From assembly GCA_030704615.1 (NCBI GenBank), contig CM060731.1:42346001-42410000 (forward strand): 64,000 nucleotides of DNA, in the 5' to 3' direction. Of this stretch, positions 12,450-24,000 are shown piece after piece; position 1 is the stretch's first letter; each line of letters starts with the position of its first letter. The DNA is from Takakia lepidozioides (lineage: Eukaryota > Plantae > Bryophyta). Below the pieces are notes generated by a model, which ran no database searches, had not been told where the DNA came from, and saw nothing but the letters and a program-made list of their open reading frames with translations. A program made the position numbers and the translations under genes.

Positions 12450-15400
12450 CAATGGAGGTTGTTGATGCACATGCAGTAGGGCCCGCCCACGCAAAGAAGA
12501 AGAAGAAAGCTAAGCACATGCAATCCCCGGCGAGAGAGCCGTCACGGGCTGCGGAGGGGGAGTGAGCAGTGCGCGCGAGGGTGTTCCTTCTCCTCAATCA
12601 AAGGTGGTCGTCCTGGAGGGCTCCCCTGCTGCTAGCCCTAGTAAGAAACAGAAAGCCCGTGAGAGGGCAAAAGAGAGGGCAAAAGAACAGGCAAGACAGA
12701 AGGCTAGCCAGGAGGAAAGAGAAAAGGCCACTGAAGAGGCCAGGGGTGCCCAAATGACAAATGCCAATGTAAGCGAGGGACGCACAGAGACGGTGGATCC
12801 CTCCAAGATACCACAAAGAGGCAGTAACACACCGGTTACACCATCGCGGACAAGAGCAGCCCCCGCAATTACCCATATGGTGGAGAGTGGAGGAGAGGAA
12901 AGAACACCACAAAGAGCACGGATTGTGCAAGTTCGAGGTGAAGCCGGGGAGATGGCAGTAGAGACAGGGAGAGTGCTCGAGGTGGTTTTGCCGGTGGTTC
13001 ACCATGTTGAGGAGGACGACACCGAGCTTTCTGATCAGGATGACATCCTCCCGGACATCCCCAGTCCCCAAACCTGCAGCTTACAGGCTGGATTTGGCGG
13101 TCCTGGTGGGCTGCCGGAGAACCCCTCTGCAGCAGACGTCATGTCGGAGGCGGATATGAAGTTGGCCACTGCCAAGATGTTGGAGGCAACCCACAGCAAC
13201 ATTGGCAGGGTGCTGGGGGGCATGGTGTACCCGGCCAAGCTTCGAATTCCCCTTTGCCACTTGGTGTCTTTGCAGGTGGTGAGACCTGCCCTCCCAGGCG
13301 ATATCGACAAGCTGAAATTCTCTTTCCGGGATGGATATCGAATGGGGTCTGCCGCGTTTTACGTTTCCATTGAGAACGACCACGGAGCTTCCCGTGCCCA
13401 CACTTCCGATGAGATGGACAAATGGGGTCCCCATTGGCAAAGGCGAAATGAGGAGTTCGAGAGATCGATTGTTACTGATCCTCTTTTCCAGCACTTGTCC
13501 GGAAAGATGTTTTACGTGTGGGACGGCAATCATCGCCTCCTGGCATGGATGGAGCACATAGCCGAAGCCCACCCCAACGACCTCGATTGACATTTCGCCG
13601 TGGAGTGTGTTGTGTTGAAGGTTGCGGGGCGCAAAGATCGCAGTCTTCTCAAAGCTGTAATGGCGGACATCAACTCGTAAGTTACAACGCCTCTTGCTTT
13701 TGGACCCATCCGATTGTAAGTCATTTCATTGCGAATCCTCATATTTGTTGTAAATTCCCATTTCAGAATTGTTTGATGGAAATGTGGCATTGCAGGGTGA
13801 CTGAGAATGCCTTCATTGCCACCAACTTGTCCCATATGCTCTTCCGAGTGAAGGATGTCGGGAAGCAGGGGGTGCAAGAGTTTGCCAATTCGCTCAGTGC
13901 CGACCTCCTGCGCAAGTCGGAGGCAAAGGCAGACAGAACCTGGTATAGGCTGAGTATGGACGCCATGGTGGACTACATATTTCGAGTAAAGCTCCTGACT
14001 GTTTTGTTGAGCTTATCTGTCTCTCCTCCCCCAATAGAAGAAAAAGTGTTGAGCAGGATCTCTAATCTTATGTGCGCATTCTTGACAGACGAAAATTCAG
14101 TAGGATTTGGCACATGCGCGGAGGTTCTACATGGAGTCAGAGGAGAAGAATCTAACCCTCCCGGCACTCGAATCGTATCTCAAAGCTGCGGAGGTGAGGG
14201 CCCGCATAAAGTACAAGTCGCGGATGGTAAAGTACGTGGCCATAGCTGATCCCGCCCTTGGTGCCGACTTTCTGGTGGAGGTGGGGAAGCACTACTCCCG
14301 CGCTCTGAAGCCCACGATGAGATTGGAGAAGCTCCATCGTCTAGCCACATCCTGTGTGGATGGTGCAGAAAAGGTGATACATTCTTAACCAAATTGTGGT
14401 GGCAACAACTCGTTTTTGTGGTGTTTGGCGCTTACGAATATGTTGGGTGGTTGGACAGACCCGGTGGCTCCAAATCTGGAATGGTTCCCAAAGTACAAGG
14501 GACATGTGGAGCTTCCCCAAACCGGACAAACTGTCTGACCCCACATTCGACATGTGGATGAACCGCATGACATGGTGGTTTCAGGTACTTCCCCACGCTT
14601 CGTTTGGCGCTTCTACTCTTGTAGGGGGTGGATTCATTGTATTTTTTCAGCAATGCGATCTGATGGAGAATCTCCACAGGTGACGACGAATGCGCAAGAG
14701 CAGCTGGACACACAAGCACATCAGTTCAAGATGGAGATTTCTCCTGCAGCAGAGAGCCTACGCGACTATGTGACGAGGTACTTTCTGCTCTACAAAACCG
14801 ACCTATTCTTTCGGGAGATACCACATGCCCGCCGGAGCCACGAGTTCACCGACCAGCCGAACGCGGACAAAGCAACAATGCGCCTTCTGTACAGGTACAT
14901 ACGCGATGCCTTCCTTATAGTCCTTGCATTTTTCGCCGAATTTCCAGATCAGGGCTCCGAAAATGGCTAAGTCCCTAGGGTGGTTGGCCCTGAACTGGAA
15001 ATTCGGCGCCATTTTTCCAGGTCAAGGCCATATGGGACTTAGCCATTTTTGGACCGGACCTGGGAAAATGGCGCCGAATTTCCAGTCAGGGCTCCGAAAA
15101 TGGCTAAGTCCCTAGGGTGGCTGGCCCTGAACTGGAAATTCGGCGCCATTTTTCCAGTTCTGGGCCCTATTGCCCTTGTGGGACAGCCATATTCGGGCCG
15201 GACCTGGGAAAATGGCGCCGAATTTCCAGTCAGGGCTCCGAAAATGGCTAAGTCCCTAGGGTGGGTGGCCCTGAACTGGAAATTCGGCGCCATTTTTCCA
15301 GTTCTGGGCCCTATTGCCGTTCTGGGACAGCCATTTTCGGGCCGGACCTAGGAAAATGGCGCCGAATTTCCAGTCATGGCTCCGAAAATGGCTAAGTCCG

Positions 15401-18023
15401 TAGGGTGGGTGGCCCTGAACTGGAAATTCGGCGCCATTTTTCCATTTCTAGGCCCTATTGCCGTTCTGGGACTTAGCCATCTTCGGGCCAAACCGGGAAA
15501 AATGCCGCCAAATTTCCAGTTCAGGGCTCCCAAGATGGCTAAGTCCCTAGGGTGGCAGTCACCGAAAACCGAAATTCGGCGCCATTTTTCCATTTCTAGG
15601 CCCAGTCAGATCCGCCCCAACCTGGGAAAATGGTGCCGAATTTGCAGTTCAGGGACCTCATTGTGTTTTTCATGAATGCAGGTACTGCAAGTTCTCCCTT
15701 TTGGAAAAAGGTCATCTGTCTTTCGAGCCACCATTCTTCCTGGCATGGAGGAACCCTGGGGCTGACTCCATGTACACTGACGATATTGTGAAGGAGTGGC
15801 ATCTGGAACATTTGTGTGATTGCCCTCGGTATGTGGACCTTCCGCCCGGCATGCTCGACCCATCCGAGTTTCAATTAAGCTGGATGCTGAGGCCCGATGA
15901 AACCGGGCTCCGCTGCCTCCGCTGGGTGCAAAAGAGGCAAAAGCGCTTGCGAACTCCAGGAAAGCGGCAGAGCTTGCTCAGGTAGGAATTCAGGAGAAAT
16001 TGAATGAGAAGAGTAAAGGCCAAAGTAAAAGGACAAGGAAACAGGTGAGTGCAGTAACACCCAAAAAACAGAAAACCATCGGGGCATCGGAGCAGTCGCA
16101 GGAGGGGACCCAATAGAGTGACTCGGACGACGACTTTGTTCAAGGTCCTGCGACTGCTGTTGCTGCTACCCAGTCGGTCGTCCGGGTTCCCAAGTCAGTT
16201 TGGAGTGGGACTGGCTCTGCCAAGAAGTTGGCATTTGAGGGCGAGCCTACACGGCGGTATTCGTCGGTGACGTTTACGCACAGGCCAAAGCTAGAACCTC
16301 CAACCATCATCCAATGCGTCAATGAGAGCTTCCTTGACGCTCTCGTTGCCATGGCGAAGAAGGTGGCACACAGCAAGTCTCTGGCGGAGCAGAAGGGGAA
16401 AGCCAAGAAGAGGGCTGCCGGTACAGAGCCTAAAGACACCCCTGGTTTTGAAGCCATGATGGAATTCTTCACGGCTGTGAGCACGGATTGCAAGAGCACT
16501 CGGAGGGGGGGGTTGAGGAGGAGAGAGCTTGCAACATGATTCTCCTCGACATTCCAGATGGAGAGCTGTTGGAGGGCCTGGATGGTGTGCCCACCTGGAA
16601 CAGGTTTACTGAGGACTACTGGAAAGCCGGGTTTGGGCTGGCGGGGATGCTTCTGGATGACGGTGGATGTGTGGTTGTCCTTGCCACAAGAGGGAAGACA
16701 ACAGAGAATGCGGTGGCAAGGTGGACACCGAAAAGTGTCACCCCGGTCCTCCTCAGAAAATGGTTCTGCATCAATACACAGGGGTTGCGAACAGAGGGCC
16801 AAAGTGTAAGTTATCAATCTATTGCATTCACCTCATATTGTGGTGTATCTAAAGAAGATCCCGGAGTTGATCCCTATTTTGTTGGATGTGCAGACATTGG
16901 TGTTTGAGGCATATTGCTTTGTGAAGAGAGGGTCTACGTTCAAATTCCGCAACGACGGTCGTCTTGTTGATGCCGCTGTGGACCCTGTTACCTACGATGT
17001 CCTCTACAACTATGTGTCCCACTCCAGTATGCCGAAGGACACAAAGACAGGCAAACCGTGGCGGTACAGCCGGACCCGGAGCCCTGCTTTCATCCAAACC
17101 CTCATGGAGACGTGCTCGGATGTCCAAGGGCGGATTCTGGACCTCACATGCGGCACAGGTAAGCCTTCACGTGCTCAGTTTGTCCCCTGGCCCGATTGCA
17201 ATTGCATGCCGCAAGCTATTAACCACCCGCTTTGTTCCTCAGGTGCTTCAATGTGGGCAGGGACGTTGTCCGACAGGCATGTGTTCGCCTTCAAGCCAGA
17301 TACTGCCCTCCACAACTCGGAACTTGCAGCGGCTGAACGTCTACCGAAAGAGGAAGAGGCATCCTCGGAGGATGAGGAAAAATCCGAGAAGGAGCAGGGG
17401 GAGGAACAAGTTGGGATCGAGGTCGAGGAGCCCCCGGTGTACGAGTGAGTGGTCGCATTGTAAGTTGCCTCCAGATTTCGTGAGGCACCTCCCTTCGCTC
17501 TCTTATTACCCTTTCTGCTTCTGCTGGTATTGACATTCTTGAAGTGGATTTGTTCTTACTGTAGGATGCCAAGTACGGCAGGAGGGACGTCTACACCGGA
17601 GTTCATGGGCAGGAGGAACGTGCCTTTTTTTGCCAGGGGGGATTTCGTGCCTAGTCCAGAAAGGGACTACATCTTCCTACTTATGCTGCCCGGCTTGCTT
17701 CGGTGTCCATTAGGAGGTGTTCCGAACCTAGTCGTGTACAACAGATTTTAGACGAGGCAAGCCTCAAGAAAATGAAGATGAGGGAGGAGGCAACAGCTAT
17801 TAGAGCCCGTCGGGCTCGTAGATTTGTGTTGGATTCTGCTGAGGAAAGTGGGGGAGAAGAGGCAGAAGATTCCCAGGAGGTGAGGTGGACAGTCCCCCAA
17901 GGAGAGGACGGCATTTTTGAGAGGCATACTGCAACCGATGCATCACAGAGCTCGGAGGATGGGGGGGATGAGGGGGATGAGGAAGAAGGAGGGCCAAGTT
18001 CCTTGGAAGGTGTAGGAGAGTAG
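12450..18023 (+). pseudogene. Multi-exon transposon accessory gene: ParB/Srx-like N-terminal domain plus beta-class N4C/N6A DNA methyltransferase-like domain, acidic tail
   Basis: RIPLCHLVSLQVVR..IDKLKFSF..GY and FYVWDGNHRLLAW (13510-13548). MTase-like motif order: IIQCVNESFLDAL, NMILLDIPDG (DIPD at 16548), LDDGGCVVV, then RSPAFIQTLMETCSDVQGRILDLTCGT|GAS...RHVFAF. GT-AG introns start at about 13677, 13986, 14374, 14585, 14894, 16807, 17159 and 17445. Stops at 13588 and 14101, plus frameshifts. The start position is uncertain. Confidence 0.75.
14930..15650. repeat. Intronic palindrome array, 144-bp unit with two opposed GGCGCC motifs
   Basis: AAATTCGGCGCCATTTT at about 14999, 15137, 15280, 15424 and 15572, alternating with AAAATGGCGCCGAATTT at about 15065, 15209 and 15353. 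Confidence 0.92.
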
Positions 18024-18243
18024 TTCCCATTCCTGCTATGACAGTTAGGACACACTTGTATAGACGTGGCTTGCCACCAAATTTGCAATAAAATGTTTCA
18101 TTTCATTGCTATGACGAGTCCACATGACCCTATTTCCGTGCCTCCTAACCCTATTTCCGTGGACACAATTCGGCCCGCTCATGCTTTTTTTTTTCCCGCT
18201 CATGCTCATGTCGCTCATGAAATAGCAGCCCCCTACAAGCCTG

Positions 18244-20570
18244 CAGCCATGGAAAAGGGCAAAGAGGTGCATGGTTGCATCACCAAAGCTAGAATTGTAC
18301 CGGATGTGATTATGAACAATACCCTTGTGGACATGTATGCCATTGTGGGAGCATTGAGGATGCGGAGGGAGTGTTCAACACTATGGCTAAACGAGGTGTC
18401 GAGGAACACGATTCATCCAAGAGGTCGATTTTAAACACAAGATTACTTCTGATTCCCTGCGGATCAATAGCTACAAGAAAGCTGCGTGGGTAGATGGTCA
18501 ACTAGAAACATCAGTGGCAATAGTGCATTTGGTAGGACAAGGCGCTGCTAATGAAGGTACCTTCTTCAACACATTTCAGCCTGTTTTTCCCTGTTATCAG
18601 AGTTTTTCCCTGTTTTTTCCTGAATGAGCATGGATAGAGTGTGGGTCCAGATTCATCCAAGAGGGCTGGACTTCAAGCTCCAGATTACCTTGATTCCATG
18701 TGGGGGTCAGTAGCTACAAGAAACCTGCATGGGTAGATGGTCAACTAAAGGCAGCAGTTGCAGCGGCACAGTTGATAAAATCATGCACCTCAACCATGAC
18801 CACAGCTTCTAAAAGAGGATCAAGAGAGGGAGTCCACAATGCCTCTTCTGGCACTTCTGGGCATGTGAAGATACTTTGTGCGACAGCCTGACAGAGGCTC
18901 TACAGACTCTAAACCAAGGAGGCAGTTCAGCAGATTCAGATATGTATGTCTGTCTCTTGCTTAAGTGCATCAAGATGGAAGGTCTCGAAGCTGGAAAGCA
19001 GGTGCACACTCACATTATCCAAAGTGGATTCACGCCAAATGTTTTTCTACTCAACACCCTTGTCAACCTGTATGTTAAGTGCCGGAACATAAGGGATGCT
19101 CACCAAGTATTCAACAGAATGTCTCAATGATCTTTGATCACATGGAATATTATGTTGAAAAGATTTACCAAGCATAGGTGTGGTAGGAATGTTTTGGAGA
19201 CATATGAGCAAATGATGTGCGAAGCGGTGAAGCCCAACCACATCACATTTGTTTGTGTTTGCAATGCGTGTGAAAGCCTGGGAGCATGCTGGAATTGTAC
19301 CAGATGTCATCTTGAACACTGCCCTTGTGGACATGTTTGCCAAATATGGGTGCGTTAAGGATGTGAGGGGAGTTTTCAACACTCTGGCTGAACGAGATGT
19401 GGTGTCATGGAACGTGATGCTTGCAGGGTATGCACAGCAGGGGCACGGGATGGAGGCTTTGGGGACCTATGAGCAAATGATGGGGGAAGGGGTGAAGCCT
19501 AACCACATCACAAGGCATTTCACCAGATTCAGATATGTATGGCTGTCTCTTGCTTAAGTGCATCAAGATGGAAGGTCTGGAAGCTGGAAAACAGGTGCAT
19601 ACTCACATCATCCAAAGTGGATTCACGTCAAATGTTTTTCTACTCAACACCCTTGTCAACATGTACGTTATGTGCGGGAGCATCATTGATGCTCACCAAG
19701 TGTTCAACAGAATGCCTCAACGATCTTTGATCACGTGGAATATAATGTTGGCAGGATGCAATGCGTGTCCAAGCCTGCGAGCTCTGGAAAAGGGGAAAGA
19801 GGTCCATGGTGACATTGTCAAAGCTGGAATTGTACCAGATGTCATTCTGAACACTCCCCTGGTGGACATGTATGCCAAATGTGGGTGCATTAAGGATGCG
19901 AAGGGAGTTTCCATGGCTAAACGAGATGTGGTGTCGTGGAGTGCGATGCTTGCAGGGTATGCACAGCAGGGACGTGGTATGGAGGCTTTGGAGACCTATG
20001 ATCAAATGATGGGGGAAGGGGTGAAGCCCGACCACACACGTTTGTGTACATTTGCAATGCGTGTGCAAGCCTGTCAGCTCTAGAAAAGGGCAAAGAGGTC
20101 CATGGCGACATTGTCAGATTTGCAATTGTATCAAATGTCATTCTGAACAATACCCTCGTGGACATGTATGAAGGGAGTGTTCGATGGTATGGCTGAACGA
20201 GATGTGATGTCGTGGAGTGCAATGATTGCAGGATATGCACAGCAAGGGCGCGGGATGGAGGCTTTGGAGACCTATGAGCAAATGATGTGCGAAGGGGTGA
20301 AGCCCACGCTTTGCATTGCATGATGTTGAGGAAGAGCTTAAAAAATCGTCTCTTTGCCACCACAATGAGAAGCTGGCCATTGTTTTTGGGCTAATCAACA
20401 CACCATCTGGGATGTCTTTGGGGATCATCAGGAATCTTCAGATGTGTGGTGATTGCCACACAGCCACCAAATTCATCTCAAAGATAGCTAAGCAAGAGAT
20501 TGTTATACGGGATGCAAACCGCTTTCACCACTTCCAAAATGGTGTTTGTTCTTGTGGGGAGTATTGGTGA
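18244..20570 (+). pseudogene. PLS-class PPR protein with DYW deaminase domain (RNA-editing-factor type), fragmented and duplicated
   Basis: Repeats such as GKEVH, NTLVDMYAKCG and RDVVSWNVMLAGYAQQG. DYW end HHNEKLAI...CGDCH...RDANRFHHFQNGVCSCGEYW* (20316-20570). Stops, frameshifts and an internal duplication (18930-19500 / 19525-20300). Confidence 0.9.
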
Positions 20571-21476
20571 AATGAAATGCTTGTCACCTAATTGAATGTA
20601 TTGAACTCTGTCAGCTGCGAGTCAGGTTGGACTCCAACAGTGGCCACAAAGGCGCACGAAATCTCTTTTTGGAGAGGAATTCTCAACAATAGGTTTTGAA
20701 CATAATTGGACCTTGCGAAGGTTGAAACTGTAGAACAAGTTCAGAAACTGTCATAGTTGATGAACAAAGGTGCAGTGACTAGGTCTTCATGGTCTTCAAG
20801 AGGGTCACTCTCTGATGAAAAATACCTAGGACTGTATATCAGAAAATGGAAACTTTCTTCAGGCCTCTTGCACATCGGGCATTGACAATGTCCCTTTCCT
20901 CTCTGCATCTGATTATTGTTCAAAGTGAGATTCCACAGCAAATTTTATCGAGGGCAAACATATTTTTTAAATTAATTTATTAGATTTTATTCTATTTTTA
21001 AATGAATAAACTTGATATAATATAAAAACATACATATACATATTTGAGGGTATTTTCTAATTATTGTAAAGGGAAATATACGTACAGAAGGGGGTATTTT
21101 TTAAAAATTACAAATTTTCATATATTTACAGGAGGGGGTTTTATAATCTTCAAAATATATGTACAGAGGGGGTATAAATGATCCAAGGACTTGTATACAC
21201 GGGGTTAACATTTTATAAAGAGTGCACCCCCCAGGACAGGAGGGCAGGTATGGGAGCATTCTGCAACGACTTAACAGAAATCGTGGCAAAAAATCTCCCC
21301 TACCCAGCCAATGGCCTCTTTCTCCACGTAACTACGTGTCGTGGAATAGTTACATGCCACGCACATAGAAGTTGTGTGGACAGGAAGTGAGGAGAGAATG
21401 AGCCTCCCTTGGCTTATATGCCCCCCCCCTTTCCTGCCTCATTCCTCGGGCCACGTGCAGGGCACACCTTGTAGAA

Positions 21477-22160
21477 GCGACCACCACCTTGGCGATCGCT
21501 CCATTTACCAAAAAAAAAAAAAACGACCGCCAGTAATGGCGGTCGCTCCATTTACAAAAAATAAAATAAAAACGACCGCCACTACCGGCGGTCGCTCCAT
21601 TTACAAAAACAAAAAAAATAAAAACGACTTCCAGTAGGGGCGGTCGCTCCTGAAAAATAAAAAATAAAAGCGACCGCTAGTAATGGCGGTCGCTCCATTT
21701 ACAAAAAAACAAAATAAAAGCGACCGCCAGTACCGACGGTCGTTCCATTTACGAAAAAATAAAAATAAAAGCGACCGCTAGTAGTGGCGGTCGCTCCATT
21801 TACAAAAAATGAAAAATAAAAGCGACCGCCAGTAATGGCGGTCGCTGCATTTACAAAAAATAAAAAATAAAAGCGACCGCCAGTAATGGCGGTCGCTCCA
21901 TTTACAAAAAAATAAAAATAAAAGCAACCGCCAGTAGTGGCGGTCGCTCTATTTACAAAAAATAAAATAAAAGCGACCGCCAGTAATAGCGGTCGCCTAA
22001 ATTGAGAAAACGAAAACATTTGAATCCACCGCCAGTAATGGCGATCGACTCATCTTCCAAATTAAAATAAACAAGAAGCGACCGCCACTGGCGGTCGTTT
22101 CATTTAAATAACAAAATTTTATAAGCGACCGCCACTGGCGGTCGTTTCATTTAAATAACA
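21477..22160. repeat. hAT-associated hairpin array AGCGACCGCC-N(3-7)-GGCGGTCGCT with A-rich spacers
   Basis: More than 10 tandem units of about 50 bp. Confidence 0.9.
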
Positions 22161-23055
22161 AAATTTTATAAGCGACCGCCATGAGAACCGACAACCGACA
22201 ACCTACAATTTTGTGCAGAGTTGGAAGCATTGGCACAATTGTTTCTCATTACACAAGCAAATCACCGAACACAAATATGAGCAAGTGACGATGTCTTGGC
22301 CGACATTTTGGGTGGTATACACATATGCAACATCTTTTATTTCCAAAGACATACACAACAGCAATACAAATACTCATAGTGACAAGGAACACACAAGTAT
22401 TAGTTCACTACAGAAATGTAAACATGTCCATAAAATGTGCTGCTGGATGTCTAAAGTTGTTTTGGTTCAATTTCTTCTGCTACTTCAATGACGGGACGAA
22501 GAAGATCTTAATCTTGATGCTCCGATGGGCTGAATATCCGAGTCACCCTCCACTTCACCACCATTGCCATGATCAGTGCTCGAACCGTCCTCCCTACCCG
22601 ACCTCCCATGTCTAGACCTTTCAACCTCCAAGCGACCTCGAACCAAATTCAGATGTCTCTGAGGTCGACTCCTACTCCGGTCTTGAATACCATCCACGGT
22701 ATCTGGCCTGTTTGTGGGCCGATCGCCTATAAAAAGCTTGACTGTTCTCTGTCGTTTATGAAGTTAGGACGCATTCGAAGGTGGTCTCTAAGGAGGTCTT
22801 GGAGGGGGTGTGCCTGAGATGGACCGGCATTAGATGGTCCGATATGTGAGGAACCACGGGTCTGCTACGCAACACGTCGGTTAAGGTGGAATTGTAGTGG
22901 CAGGTTGTCATCATCCGAGGCTTCAACTTCCGCCCGGTCCAATGCAGCAGAATGATGCGTGCATGTGGAAAACAGATCAACCCTGTTGCTCCTTAATGCC
23001 CGCTGTGTTGATGGGGAGCTAGATCGGTTTTCGGATTGTGGTGGAGCTGGTCGTA

Positions 23056-24000
23056 TCAATGAGACATGTTCCCGTCCCGTCGACTGTACAATGGGTTTGT
23101 CACCATCGTTTGTATGAACATGATTTCGTACGTCGCTTGGTCTTGGTAGTTCATCATCCCATGTTTTGGGGAGGACACAATTGTAGCATCACCCTCATCT
23201 GCGATACGTACTTCTTCAAGAAGGTCATCAAAGGTCGGCTGGATATAGGCATCGTCCTTTGTGAACGTAAATAGGTCATACATATTGTCGGGAGCATCAT
23301 CGGACCCATCTCCACTATCGGAGGCAGATGACACCCTCTGAGACGAGTCTCTCTTAGTCTCAATATCGTCACTCATCGAATCTGCCTCAGAAGCAGAGTC
23401 TTCGGAATGCAAGTTCCTCTCATATCATGCTGCAGCATCATCCGCTGTCCTCTCACGTAGCAGTCGACAATTGGTATACACATATACCAATTTGTCAGCC
23501 CTCGCGGGATTCAACCTGTTACGAATCTTGTTGTGAACAAATGAGTAACTGTTTCAATTGCGTTTGCAAGTAGAGCACACTTGGGCAAGAATACGCTTTG
23601 TAATGGGAGCTAATGTTCTTGCTCCAGCGCCAATCAAATCCCATCATTCATGTGGCAACATGTTGAACTCTTTCGGATCCGGCATGTCCTCGATAGGATC
23701 GCGGCGATCTGAGAAGCTTTGGTACTTGGATATACATATAATGCTTATATATTTTCTGAGAGACTCGCCCGTCCTATCGTTGATCTTTTGGGTAAGCTCT
23801 GTCATGACGTCTTCTAGCAATCATATGCGGAGATTGTGATAAGAAAGAGACACGTACGTGGATTTGGACTCCGAGGTTACTTTAACGGCAAAAACAAATG
23901 CCGGAAGCCTTGCCACATTAAATGGTATGTTGGCCTCGAAGAAAAACTGCGCCCATTTTTTTATCCAATAGCCTTTTCGCAGACAAGTTAAGGCCTTCCT
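23056..24000 (-). pseudogene. Degenerate, internally deleted hAT transposase
   Basis: KKWAQFFFEANIPFNVA (DUF659-type region) and the dimerisation-domain motif RILAQVCS..C.RN..YSFVHNKIRNRLNPARADKLVYVYTN, followed by an acidic tail. Confidence 0.82.

Larger units (their letters stand above)
2785..18233. mobile_element. ~15.4-kb Mutator-like (MULE) DNA transposon inserted in a PPR gene
   Basis: Terminal IR: GAGGTTAGCTATTTCATGAGC (2785) vs GCTCATGAAATAGCAGCCCCC (ends 18233). 10-bp TSD TCCAAGCCTG (2775-2784) / TACAAGCCTG (18234-18243). The flanks rejoin as PPR sequence FVGVCSACPSL..AMEKGKEVHG. Confidence 0.88.
681..21231. mobile_element. Putative non-autonomous TIR element / composite (GGGGGTGCACTC...GAGTGCACCCCC) carrying LINE and PPR fragments
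   Basis: 12-bp terminal inverted repeat at 681-692 and 21220-21231. Both ends carry repeated ACAG(G/A)AGGGGG subterminal motifs. A second left end is at 8696. No clean TSD for the 681/21231 pairing. Confidence 0.55.
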
